From Candidatus Eremiobacteria bacterium (lineage in GTDB: Bacteria > Vulcanimicrobiota > Vulcanimicrobiia > Vulcanimicrobiales > Vulcanimicrobiaceae), in NCBI GenBank assembly GCA_963758295.1, contig CAVWUU010000004.1, positions 640,001 through 704,000 on the forward strand: DNA of 64,000 nucleotides, given 5' to 3'. Position numbers and translations under genes: made by a program. The number at the start of each line of letters is the position of its first letter. Position 1 is the stretch's first letter. This document shows positions 40,787 through 50,316 of this stretch, piece by piece. The notes under the pieces are model-generated. The model worked only from the letters and a program-made list of their open reading frames with translations. It was not told where the DNA came from and searched no databases.

Positions 40787-41077
40787 CTATTCAGCGATGA
40801 TGCGGGGAACGCGAAAGAAGCCGCCTTGCCGCTGCGGTGCTTCTTGCAGCACGGCTTCACGATCGAGGCACGGGCGAATTTCGTCTTCGCGCTCGACGTT
40901 GCGCGACTCAACGACTTGCGCCGTTGCGGCAACTTGCGATACATCGAGTTTGGATAGGGCGTCTACGTGTTCGAGCAGATCGCCAAGCTGCGCGCCGAAA
41001 CGCTCCACCTCATCGTCGGTGAGCGCAATGCGCGCGAGCTTAGCCACATAGCGAACGTCAATCTTCTCGGATGACAA
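40787..41077 (-). CDS. gatC: Asp/Glu-tRNA amidotransferase subunit C
   Basis: VRYVAKLARI...NVERED...FFRVPRII; TTG start at 41077 inferred. Confidence 0.92.
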   Translation of the reverse strand: MSSEKIDVRYVAKLARIALTDDEVERFGAQLGDLLEHVDALSKLDVSQVAATAQVVESRNVEREDEIRPCLDREAVLQEAPQRQGGFFRVPRIIAE

Positions 41078-42519
41078 AGTCGGGATACTCCGGTTGATCG
41101 GTTGCGTATTCGTCGTCGGCAGGCCAGGCGGGCGCGGGAGCGTCCAAAAACGCGTCGCGCACGACCTCTCGTGAAGCCGGGACCTCGCGGTAAAGCGTGA
41201 CCAGGGTCTCGACGTGACCCGTTTGCGGAAACATGTCGAACGGCTGCACGATGCCGAGCCGGTAACCATTGGCGGCAAGGAACTTCAAATCCCGGGCGAG
41301 CGTCGCCGGGTCGCACGAGAGATACCAGACGTACGGAACGCCGGATTCGATGACGGCCTCCAGCGTGCGCTCGTCGCTTCCCTTGCGCGGCGGATCCAAG
41401 AAGACGATGTCCGCCTGCTCCATCGCGGTCTTGGCTTCATGCGAGCGCACGATGTCCTCGACGCGGCCGGCGCGGAACCGCATGCGCGGCTGCAGCCCAT
41501 TGAGTTCCGCGTTTTCTTCGGCTTCCAGGATCGCTTGAGAGCTCTCCTCGATGCCGTAAACGTCGCAATTGTGCTTGCCGAAGAACAGCGAGAACGTTCC
41601 CGCGCCGCAGTATAAATCGATGATCTTGCGCGGTGTCTTGCAAGCCGGCGCGCATGACCGAGAAGATGCGCTCGACGATCTCGACGTTGACTTGGAAGAA
41701 CGAGCTTGCCGAGACGCGGTAACGGACGCCGGCAATTTGCTCTTCGATCTCCGGACGTCCGAAGACGAGCTGCTGACGGCGGCCCATGATGGCGTTTTCG
41801 CTGTTCGGGTCGAAAGAATTCGTGAGCCCGACCGCGCCGGGAAGCTGCGCAAGCAGCGCGGGACCGGCACGGTCGACTTCCTGCGACTGCTGCGGTGTCG
41901 TGAACGTCACGACGGCTTCGCCCGTCGCGCGGGCGTTGCGCGAAACGATATGCCGCGCTACACGAAATGCTTCGGCGGTTTCCGGTTTCTTTCGCGCCTC
42001 GTTCAAGCGCCCGATGAATTCGTCAAGTTGCGGCGTGACGATCGGACATCCGTCGATTGCCACGACGTCGTGCGAACGCTGTTTGTAGAACCCGATGGTC
42101 GGCGTGCCGCCGCGCTGTTCGACGACGAGCGACATCTTGTTGCGGTAATGGCGCGGATTGACCATGCCGATCGCGTCGCGAACGGTGACGTCGCTAAATC
42201 CGCCGATGCGCGTTAGCGCATTGCGTACCATGTCGGTTTTCCACCGCAGCTGTCCCTCGTACGCAAAATGCTGCACCTGGCAGCCGCCGCACGAACCAAA
42301 AACCGGACAGAACGGCGTGGCGCGCATCGGCGAGCGTGACGTTAACTGCAACATTTGTCCCACCGCGTACTTCGGCTTCACCGACGTGATGCGCACGCGT
42401 GCTTTTTCATGCGGCAATGGGCCAAAGCAAAAAACAACCAACCCGCTTGCACGGCCCACGGCTTGGCCGTTTGCAAGCAGGTCGGTAAAAGTCAACTCAA
42501 GTTCGGCGCCGGTCGTCAG
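41058..42519 (-). CDS. rlmD: 23S rRNA (uracil-1939-C5)-methyltransferase RlmD (frameshift near 41641)
   Basis: TRAM domain, CPVFGSCGGC, YRNK, SFFQVN, DLYCGAGTF, LDPPRKG, YLSCDPATLARD, FDMFPQTGHVE. Start uncertain. Confidence 0.9.
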
Positions 42520-42532
42520 CGCCGCGGTGGTA

Positions 42533-42781
42533 CTACGCGGTATGTCTCTGTTCGTCCAGTGTCTTGAGAAGCTGATTGGCTTCGTCGATGAGTTGCTGAA
42601 TGCGCTGGCTCGTAGGATCCGCCGGGCGGCTGCGCGCGAGAATTGCGCGAACGGCTGCAAAAGCAACGGCGGCACCAAGCCCCGCAACGCCTATCCATAC
42701 TAGCGTACGGGTCAAGTGTGCGCTGCCGTGCGACTCGGTTCCGTCGTATTCCGGCATGGAAGCGTTCAATGGGTCCGACAA
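42533..42781 (-). CDS. Small single-TM protein with coiled-coil tail
   Basis: AGGAG RBS with TTG start, TM helix, QRIQQLIDEANQLLKTL. Confidence 0.65.
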   Translation of the reverse strand: MSDPLNASMPEYDGTESHGSAHLTRTLVWIGVAGLGAAVAFAAVRAILARSRPADPTSQRIQQLIDEANQLLKTLDEQRHTA

Positions 42782-42865
42782 CGTTGTGGTCTCCTACGTT
42801 AGAATGCCAGTGGTCGTGGCTTCGATGCAGCGGAACGGTTCTTCTTCTTTCCGAAGAACCGCGCG

Positions 42866-43663
42866 ATGCAGACGTTCGCCCGGGTCCTATTTACCCTGCT
42901 GCTCTTAGGCGCTACGCCGATGCCCTCTACTGTTTCGGTACTTTATGCCGGCTCGTTGGTTACGCCGATGGAAGGGCCGGTCGCCTCGGACCTCTTGCGA
43001 GAGACCAATGTGCGCTTCTCCGGCGAGGGCCGCGGGAGCAAGGCACTCGCGAATTTTATCGGCGACGGCCTTCGCTCGCCCGACGTCTTCATAAGCGCAG
43101 ATAGCTCGCTCGTCGAAGACCTGACAAAGCGCCGGCTCGTCGCCTCTTCCGTGACGTTCGGCAACGCTTCGATGGTCGTCGGATACTCGCCGAAGTCCAC
43201 CTACGCCGCGATGTTCCGGCAGGTCCGGGCAGGCAAACGCTCCCTTGTGGATGCCCTCAAGACGCCCGGCCTGCGGATCGTTCGGACCGACCCTCAGCTG
43301 GATCCCAAGGGCGCGCGTACTATTAAGGCGATGCACTTGCTCGCTTCGCCCACCGATGTCACGGCGATCCTCGGTCCCGACGAGAATTCCGATCAGATTG
43401 CGCCGGAAGAGACCCTGCTCGTGCGGCTTGAGACCGGCGAGGCCGACGTCGGGTTTTTGTACTCCACCGAGGCCATCGCGCGAAATATTCCGTCCATCCC
43501 GTTGCCGGGCAAAGCGGCGCTCACAGACGAAATCACTTACACGCTTGCAATAATGAAGAACGCGCCGCATCCCGAAGCGGCGCAAAGCTTTGCAGACTTC
43601 ATCCTGAAGGGAGATGGCCGCGCGATTCTCGAGCGCGCCGGCATTCAATACCGAACCCCCTAA
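42866..43663 (+). CDS. Molybdate/tungstate-type (ModA/WtpA-like) extracellular solute-binding protein
   Basis: VLYAGSL, GSKALA, PDVFISAD, RTDP..DPKG, ADVGFLY..EA, I.Y..AI.K.APHPEAA..F..F. Confidence 0.8.
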   Translation: MQTFARVLFTLLLLGATPMPSTVSVLYAGSLVTPMEGPVASDLLRETNVRFSGEGRGSKALANFIGDGLRSPDVFISADSSLVEDLTKRRLVASSVTFGNASMVVGYSPKSTYAAMFRQVRAGKRSLVDALKTPGLRIVRTDPQLDPKGARTIKAMHLLASPTDVTAILGPDENSDQIAPEETLLVRLETGEADVGFLYSTEAIARNIPSIPLPGKAALTDEITYTLAIMKNAPHPEAAQSFADFILKGDGRAILERAGIQYRTP

Positions 43664-44455
43664 ATGATCACCATTAGCGACGAGTTGTCGCGAAGCCGGC
43701 GCACGCGTGAAGCGTGGGCTTTGCTTGCGTCCGCGCTGCTCAATTTTCTGCTCTTGCCGCTCCTCGTCTGGTTGTTTGGCTCGAAGATGGTCTTCGTGCC
43801 GAACCAGCAGCGCGAGCAGTTCGTCGTGTCCTCATCGGCCGTGCACATCGAGCACCGGACCGTTCCGCAGCCCGCCTCGGCGCCCCATCGCGCGCTTCCG
43901 TTGCCGCAACACGCTCAGGTGCCAAAGACGACCGTCCATCACCCACCCTCGCAGCACCACGAGCTCGCTCGCGAGGAACCGCAGGCGGCACCGCAGCCTC
44001 CCGCTCGCACGCAAGCGACCCTCGCTCAAACGCTTGCGAAAGACGAACAAGCATTCTCGCAAGAGACGAAAACGCTGCATGCCGAGAACAACCCGATGAG
44101 TGTCGCGACGATTGCGCCGCAGCCGCCCTCGACGTACCAGCGCTCGTACGTCGACATCAATGGAAAGGACAAGCAAGAGAATGTTTTTGCCGTCTTGACG
44201 GTGCGCGAAAAATTCCAAACGGCGGCGCTTCACTGCTACTACGTGCGCTACGACGCCCAGTTCAGCGGCGGCGGTACCGACGACGGCACGATCCCTTGGC
44301 CGGTCTGCTACCCGAAGGATCATGACGCCATGCTGCCGTTGGACCGTCCCCATATGCTCCCGGTCCCCGCGCCTCAACCCGGGTATGTCCTTCCGCCCGG
44401 CACGGTCCTCTCGCCGCTGCTGCAAGAGATTTACGATCGCAAGATTCAAAATTAG
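43664..44455 (+). CDS. Membrane-anchored Pro-rich hypothetical protein (TonB-like architecture)
   Basis: N-terminal TM (LLASALLN), Pro/His-rich linker, C-terminal globular domain with a Cys pair; ATG abuts the upstream TAA. Confidence 0.65.
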   Translation: MITISDELSRSRRTREAWALLASALLNFLLLPLLVWLFGSKMVFVPNQQREQFVVSSSAVHIEHRTVPQPASAPHRALPLPQHAQVPKTTVHHPPSQHHELAREEPQAAPQPPARTQATLAQTLAKDEQAFSQETKTLHAENNPMSVATIAPQPPSTYQRSYVDINGKDKQENVFAVLTVREKFQTAALHCYYVRYDAQFSGGGTDDGTIPWPVCYPKDHDAMLPLDRPHMLPVPAPQPGYVLPPGTVLSPLLQEIYDRKIQN

Positions 44456-44513
44456 AATTCAGCAAGCGACTATAGAGCATGACAATTAGCGCCGAACACT
44501 ATCGAAATCCATA

Positions 44514-46430
44514 GTGTTTTCAAAGATTCGAACCCAAGCCGTACTCCTGAGCGCAGTCCCGTTGACTGCGCTTCTTGTGATTTTGCTCTTAGCGATCTCG
44601 GCGGAACGGCAGTCACGCCAGATGACCTACTGGGCTCAGCACTCCGAAATCGTGCTCTCGTCTTCTGCGGACCTTTTACATTCGCTCGGCGAGGCGAACG
44701 CTTTGGCCGTTCAAAGCGCCAGTACTCGTAAGGCGTCAGATTATGCCGCGTATCAAGCCAAAGATTTGGTCCTTACGAAAACACGCAGGCAGCTGCTTTC
44801 GCTCGTAAGCGACAATCCGGCGCAGACGAAACGCGCGCAAACGCTTACTTCAGTAGTGGGCAAGGCCCAACAAGTCATGGGAGCTTACGCGTCGGCCGGC
44901 ATGGCCGGCGACAAAGCCAAGGAAGCCGCAATCGAACGCGATCCGGCAACGCGCCGCCTCGGGCCGCAGTTAGAGAAGGCCGAAACGGCGTTCGACGGCA
45001 ACGAACGTAAGCTCGCGATCGCTCGGTTCAATGCGTACGCGTCGGGATTCGACCGATACACGACGATCCTCATGGCCGCTTCGATCGCCACAATCGTGTT
45101 GACCCTTTGCACGATGACGCTTTTCGGGTTGCGAATCGTCTACCGCTTGCACCACCTCGGCGAGAATGCGCGGCGTTTGGGTGAAGGCGAATCGCCCATC
45201 GCTCTCGAGGGCACGGATGAAATCGCCGACCTCGACCGGCAGTATCGCGAGATGGCGAAACGCATGCGGCACGAACGGCAAATCGCCTCGACGCTGCAAC
45301 AAGCTATGTTGCCGCAGCGCCTTCCCGAGATTGCGGGTTTGCGCATCGATACCGCCTACGCGCCTGCATCGGACGGCGATCAAGTCGGCGGCGATTGGTA
45401 CGATGTCTTTCACGTATCCGGGACGCTGTACGGCTTGAGCATCGGCGACGTAGCCGGACATGGATTGAACGCGGCGCGTATGATGGCGACGCTGCGTCAG
45501 TCGATTCGAACGGCTGCGTACTTGACCAGCGAGACCGGCAAAGTGCTCTCGGTTGCGAACCGCCTGCTCTGTAACGATCCCGATCACGCGATTGCCACGG
45601 CGTTCTTCGGCCTTCTCGATGTGGAGACCGGCAGGCTCACGTATAGCATTGGTGGCCATCCGAGTCCAATCGTCCTGCGCTCGTCCGGCGAGGCGACGTT
45701 GCTTGAAGGCGTCGGGATGATTCTCGGCGTCAGCGCCGGCGAACGCTTCGATACGTACGAGACGCAGTTGCAGAACGGCACGGCCATGCTGCTGTACACC
45801 GACGGGTTGGTGGAAGTCGATCGCGACTACGAAGAGGGCATGAGCCGCCTGCTCGAAACGGCCGCATTCGAACAGTACCGTTCCAACGGAAACATTGCGA
45901 CAGCGATCCAGCAGCGCATATTTGAAGGCGCCGCGCGGCGAGACGACTCGGCCTTGCTCTTCGTCGCCATCACGGAACTCAATGCTCCGCAAAATAGCGA
46001 GTCGCGTACGTGGTCGCTCAACGCGCACGACAGCGAAGCGGCGGGGCGCGCAAAGCGCGCGTTGCTTTGGCACATCGGCGAACTGGCGCAAGAACACTGC
46101 GACCTGCCGGCGGTCGAATTGATCTTTGGCGAACTCATCGGCAATGTCGCGCGGCACACGCGGGGGATGGCGGACATCACGTTGGAAATCTCGGGATCCG
46201 CAGCGACGCTTCACGTCAAAGATTTCGGCGAGCCGTTCTCGGCCGACGGCGTTTCGGCGCCCGATGACCTGCTCGAAGGCGGCCGTGGATTGTTCCTTAT
46301 CCGCAGCCTTGCCCGCAAACTTACCGTGAGTCGTCACGAGAACGGAAATTGTGTTTCCGCCGTCTTACCGGCCGACATCTCGCGCCCCGTCGAATCGGTG
46401 CACGTGCCGCTCGAAGCCGTACAGCTTTAG
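44514..46430 (+). CDS. CHASE3-HAMP-SpoIIE (PP2C) phosphatase fused to RsbW-like HATPase_c
   Basis: TM-CHASE3 (LVSDNPAQ)-TM, HAMP (DEIADL), LQQAMLP, VGGDWYD, GDVAGHG, LYTDGLVE, RDD, then ELIGNVARH...D.G...GGRGLFLI. Confidence 0.88.
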   Translation: MFSKIRTQAVLLSAVPLTALLVILLLAISAERQSRQMTYWAQHSEIVLSSSADLLHSLGEANALAVQSASTRKASDYAAYQAKDLVLTKTRRQLLSLVSDNPAQTKRAQTLTSVVGKAQQVMGAYASAGMAGDKAKEAAIERDPATRRLGPQLEKAETAFDGNERKLAIARFNAYASGFDRYTTILMAASIATIVLTLCTMTLFGLRIVYRLHHLGENARRLGEGESPIALEGTDEIADLDRQYREMAKRMRHERQIASTLQQAMLPQRLPEIAGLRIDTAYAPASDGDQVGGDWYDVFHVSGTLYGLSIGDVAGHGLNAARMMATLRQSIRTAAYLTSETGKVLSVANRLLCNDPDHAIATAFFGLLDVETGRLTYSIGGHPSPIVLRSSGEATLLEGVGMILGVSAGERFDTYETQLQNGTAMLLYTDGLVEVDRDYEEGMSRLLETAAFEQYRSNGNIATAIQQRIFEGAARRDDSALLFVAITELNAPQNSESRTWSLNAHDSEAAGRAKRALLWHIGELAQEHCDLPAVELIFGELIGNVARHTRGMADITLEISGSAATLHVKDFGEPFSADGVSAPDDLLEGGRGLFLIRSLARKLTVSRHENGNCVSAVLPADISRPVESVHVPLEAVQL

Positions 46431-46467
46431 GGCTGCGCAAGAAACGCTTCCGCGGGAAGCGCGGGGC

Positions 46468-49400
46468 TCAATGGAAATTGCGCGGGCGGATGCCGTCGAT
46501 GAGGCCTTCGCCATCGAAAGGCCAGACGTGCTGCGCAAGCATGTCGATACAGCCTTGCTGCTTCTGCAGCTTCCCTTCGACGATCAGCGTGTTGCTCGTG
46601 CGAATCTCGCGCCGGAAGCGTTCGTAGACGTCCGGACGCACGATCACGTTCACGAGGCCGGTTTCATCCTCGAGGGTAAGAAAAACGAAGCCTTTCGCCG
46701 TGCCGGGGCGCTGCCGCGTTATGACAAGTCCACCCACGCGGCATATCAGGTTTGACGGCATCTTCGCAAGCTTCGCTGCAGTGATGACTCGCGCCGCATC
46801 TAATTGCGGGCGAAAATGTTCGATCGCCTGGCGCTGCGTCGTTACGCCCGTCGACCATAAATCGAAGGCCGTTTCCTGTTTCGGCGCGACCGGCGGGAAT
46901 TGCACTTCCGGTTCTTCCATGTCCATCAAACGGCCGAGTTCGCCGCGCGCCTCACGCTCGTCGAGCGCGCGCAGAGCCCACATTGCATCGCGCCGCGACC
47001 GGTACCACGGTGAAAATGCGCCCGCCACGGCCAGATTTTCGATCGCTTCTTTTTCGAGTTGCGTGCGTTTGGCGAACGCAAGCAGATTCTCGAACGCTCC
47101 TTGCGCGAGCGCATCTTGCAATCGTTGCTTCTGGCCTTCACCTAACCCGCGCACGAGATGGAATCCCAAGCGTAACGACGCGTCCGGCTCGACGAACGAA
47201 TAATACTCGCTTGCATTGACCTGAATCGGTTTCACCACGACGCCGTGGCGTTTGGCGTCGTTTACAAGCACTTCGCTCGAATAGAACCCCATCGGCTGCA
47301 CGTTCAGGATCGCGGCCGCAAAGATCGCCGGAAAGTGGCACTTCACGTATGCCGATGCGTACGCCAAAAGCGCGAAGCTCGCCGCGTGCGATTCGGGAAA
47401 TCCGTAATCGGCGAAGCCTTCGAGCATGTGGAACAGCTGCTCCGCGGCCGTACGGTCAATGCCGTTTTCAACCATGCCTTCCACGAGCTTTGGATAAATT
47501 TCTTGCATCCGTTGGCGCGAGCGTTTATGGCCCATCGCGCGGCGCAGCTTGTCGGCTTCACCTGGCGAGAATCCCGCGGCTTCGATTGCCAATCGCATCC
47601 CTTGCTCTTGGAAAAGCGGCACGCCGAGCGTTCTTTCCAACACCGGCTTTAACTTCGGATGCGGATACGTCACCGGTTCCATTCCGTTTCGGCGGCGCAG
47701 GAACGGATGGATCATATCGCCTTGAATCGGTCCGGGGCGAATAATCGCAACCTGCATCACGAGATCGTAAAAACACGCCGGCTTCATCCGCGGCAGCATC
47801 GACATCTGCGCGCGCGACTCGATCTGAAACACCCCGATCGTATCCGCCCGCTGCGTCATCTCATACGTCGCTTTATCATCGGGGGGTATGGTGTGAAGCG
47901 CCAATTTGTCATAGTGAGCCGGTCGAGCCATGGGCGCATCTGGGGCATTATTGATATGCGCCTGTCCTTCGACAAGCTCAGGATGACGGGGGGCAAAGCA
48001 GCGGGTATGGAGAGAGAAAGCTTCGCGTAAGAGCGAGAGCATGCCGAGGCCGAGCAAGTCGATCTTGATGAGGCCCAGCTCCTGAAGATCGTCTTTGTCC
48101 CACTGAATGATCGTGCGGTCACGCATCGTTGCCCACTCGATCGGGGCGACGCGAATGAGCGGATCGCGCGTGATGACCATGCCGCCGGAGTGGATGCCCA
48201 TGTGTCGCGGAAAGCCGTCGATGCGGCGGCAGAACGCGTACAACCGTTGCGCTATTGCTCCGTTGACGGGGGCAGCGATCTGCGGATCGGGATCCTGACC
48301 GAAGTCTTTGCCTTTGAAGCCGTAGAGATACCGGTCGCTCTGGCCGCTTTCGAGACGAGAGGCGCGAACGTTAGATCCCGTATCCAAATCGCGGCGGCGC
48401 AGCACGCCTTCGGGCTTGTGCGGATGGTTTTTATCGACGGCTTCGGGATCTTCTTGGCCCGTCGCGCCTGCAAGCGATTCACGCGTATCGAATTCCCGCG
48501 CAACCTGGTCGACTTGCGCGAGCGACAGTCCTAGTGCCTTGCCCACATCGCGAATCGCCGATCGCGTTCGATACGTAACAACCTCCGCAGCCATGGCGGC
48601 ATTCGCGCGGCCGTAGCGCTCGTAAATATATTGGATGACTTTTTCTCGATCTTGATGCGCGAAATCGATATCGATGTCGGGAATCTCTTGCCGTTCCTCC
48701 GACATGAAGCGTTCGAAAAGCAAGTTCATGCCGATTGGATCGACGGCGGTAATGCCCAGTGCATAACACACGGCGGAATTCGCTGCCGAACCGCGGCCTT
48801 GGCACAGGACGCCCAAACGGTCCGCAGCCTGCACGATGTCCCAGACGATCAAAAAGTATCCGGCCAGATCCATCTTAGCGATGATGCCGAGCTCGTATTC
48901 CAATTGCCGCTCGACCGTCGAAGAAAGCGGCGAGCCATAGCGGTCTTGCGCGCCCGCGTAGACCAAGCGCCGCAAATAGGTTTGCCGCGTAGAACCTTCC
49001 GGAACGGGAAAAAGCGGAAACTGTCCCGTCAACCGGTCCAGCCGGAAGGCGCAACGCTCCGCAATGCCGAGCGTTGCATCGACGGCCTCGGGATACTGGC
49101 GGAAAAGGCGGCGCATCGCCTTTGCGTCTTTCAAGTGATATTCGGCGTTCGGGCGTAAACGGTGGTCGTTGCGCGCACGTTCCAGGTCGACCGTTTCGCG
49201 AACGCAGCACAAGACGTCGGCCAACGGCGCGTCTTCGCGCCGGGCGTATGCAACGCCGTTGGTAGCGACGTACGGAATACGCAGTTCGCGAGCGATTCCC
49301 ACGAGCTGCTCGTTGCGAAGCGCTTCTTCCGCCGTAAGATGGTGCTGCAGCTCTAGGTAATAGCGCTCGCCGAAAATCGAACGAAAGCGATCTGCAGTTT

Positions 49401-49830
49401 CGCAGGCCGCTGCGCGATCGCCGGCACGTAACGCGCGATCGACGGCTCCCTCAACGCTAGCCGAGAGCGCAATCAATCCGTCGGAACGCGACTCTAAATC
49501 TTCGAGCAGCAGCTTGGCATCGCCCTTACTTCCGCGCAGCTGTGCTTGCGAAATGAGATCGCAACAGTTTGCATAGCCGCGTTCGTCCTCGACGAGCACG
49601 ACGAGGTGCGAGCCGTCCGCAAATGTGAGCTCGCTGCCGACGATCGCCTTGATGCCGGCCCGTTGAGCGTATTTAGCGAACCGGACGCTGCCGTAGAGTC
49701 CGTCGCGATCGGTAAGTGCAAGCGTGTCTAGTTCTAGCTCGGCCGCGCGCTCGACGAGTTCTTCGGGATGTGACGCGCCGTCCAAAAACGTGAAGTTCGA
49801 GCGGCAGTGAAGTTCGGCATATCCGCGCAC
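46468..49830 (-). CDS. dnaE2: Error-prone DNA polymerase DnaE2 (ImuC)
   Basis: YAELHCRSNFTFLDGASHPEELV, GRGSAANS, PDIDIDF, KIDLLGLGML, FQIESRAQM, YGFPESHAASF, RQRPGTAKG, C-terminal PRNFH (variant of the DnaE2 SRDFH motif). Confidence 0.96.
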   Translation of the reverse strand: MRGYAELHCRSNFTFLDGASHPEELVERAAELELDTLALTDRDGLYGSVRFAKYAQRAGIKAIVGSELTFADGSHLVVLVEDERGYANCCDLISQAQLRGSKGDAKLLLEDLESRSDGLIALSASVEGAVDRALRAGDRAAACETADRFRSIFGERYYLELQHHLTAEEALRNEQLVGIARELRIPYVATNGVAYARREDAPLADVLCCVRETVDLERARNDHRLRPNAEYHLKDAKAMRRLFRQYPEAVDATLGIAERCAFRLDRLTGQFPLFPVPEGSTRQTYLRRLVYAGAQDRYGSPLSSTVERQLEYELGIIAKMDLAGYFLIVWDIVQAADRLGVLCQGRGSAANSAVCYALGITAVDPIGMNLLFERFMSEERQEIPDIDIDFAHQDREKVIQYIYERYGRANAAMAAEVVTYRTRSAIRDVGKALGLSLAQVDQVAREFDTRESLAGATGQEDPEAVDKNHPHKPEGVLRRRDLDTGSNVRASRLESGQSDRYLYGFKGKDFGQDPDPQIAAPVNGAIAQRLYAFCRRIDGFPRHMGIHSGGMVITRDPLIRVAPIEWATMRDRTIIQWDKDDLQELGLIKIDLLGLGMLSLLREAFSLHTRCFAPRHPELVEGQAHINNAPDAPMARPAHYDKLALHTIPPDDKATYEMTQRADTIGVFQIESRAQMSMLPRMKPACFYDLVMQVAIIRPGPIQGDMIHPFLRRRNGMEPVTYPHPKLKPVLERTLGVPLFQEQGMRLAIEAAGFSPGEADKLRRAMGHKRSRQRMQEIYPKLVEGMVENGIDRTAAEQLFHMLEGFADYGFPESHAASFALLAYASAYVKCHFPAIFAAAILNVQPMGFYSSEVLVNDAKRHGVVVKPIQVNASEYYSFVEPDASLRLGFHLVRGLGEGQKQRLQDALAQGAFENLLAFAKRTQLEKEAIENLAVAGAFSPWYRSRRDAMWALRALDEREARGELGRLMDMEEPEVQFPPVAPKQETAFDLWSTGVTTQRQAIEHFRPQLDAARVITAAKLAKMPSNLICRVGGLVITRQRPGTAKGFVFLTLEDETGLVNVIVRPDVYERFRREIRTSNTLIVEGKLQKQQGCIDMLAQHVWPFDGEGLIDGIRPRNFH
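47908..47987. repeat. REP-like inverted doublet inserted in frame in dnaE2
   Basis: 32-nt arms at 47908-47939 and 47956-47987 are degenerate reverse complements (GTCAT..TGAGC..GTCGA...A..GGCGCAT). Confidence 0.85.
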
Positions 49831-49839
49831 GGGCCGCCG

Positions 49840-50316
49840 CTAACGCGAGAGCCACGTGCGCAGCATTCGCAAATCGAGCCGTTTGACGATCTGCGTACAT
49901 TCCGGAGAGCATAGGTGCAGAGAGCGCAGACGGGATCGCACGCGTTCGCGCTCTTCGGCATAAAATTTTTCGATGGCCGTGCTTTTGAGAAATCGCTCGT
50001 TCTCTATGCGTAAGTGGGTGAAGCGTTGGTGCACTTCGCGCTCGCGCTGCTGCTCGCCGATGAAGCACGCGCGCAAACGCAGCTGCTCGCCGTAGCTGAA
50101 CCGCAATTCTTTGATGCGCCTCATCGGATTTTCGGAGAAGCCGATCTTACACGACCCCTCGTCCACTTCAAGCAGGTAGACGAAACCGTAGTTGTATCCC
50201 GCCAGTTCTTCGAGCGGGGAAAGCATGTGATTCGTGCGCGTGAGCTCGCCACTGCGCAGCCAGGCGGAAGCGACGGTTTGAAAGCGCTCGCACGGCGAAA
50301 CGGCCGTTATCGCCAT
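49840..50316 (-). CDS. GIY-YIG nuclease, T5orf172/MUG113-like
   Basis: GFVYLLE...CKIGFSENPMRRIKEL...EREVHQRF..LRIENERF; the ATG overlaps the imuB stop (TGATG). Confidence 0.8.
   Translation of the reverse strand: MAITAVSPCERFQTVASAWLRSGELTRTNHMLSPLEELAGYNYGFVYLLEVDEGSCKIGFSENPMRRIKELRFSYGEQLRLRACFIGEQQREREVHQRFTHLRIENERFLKSTAIEKFYAEERERVRSRLRSLHLCSPECTQIVKRLDLRMLRTWLSR

Noticed and set aside
32936..41650. Programmed frameshifting or true pseudogenisation of hslO, mutS2, gatA and rlmD
   Set aside because: No slippery heptamers, shifts are scattered, and gatA is normally essential; sequencing error is more parsimonious.
48270..48470. Intein in DnaE2
   Set aside because: Too short, with no Cys/Ser start and no His-Asn end followed by Cys/Ser/Thr.
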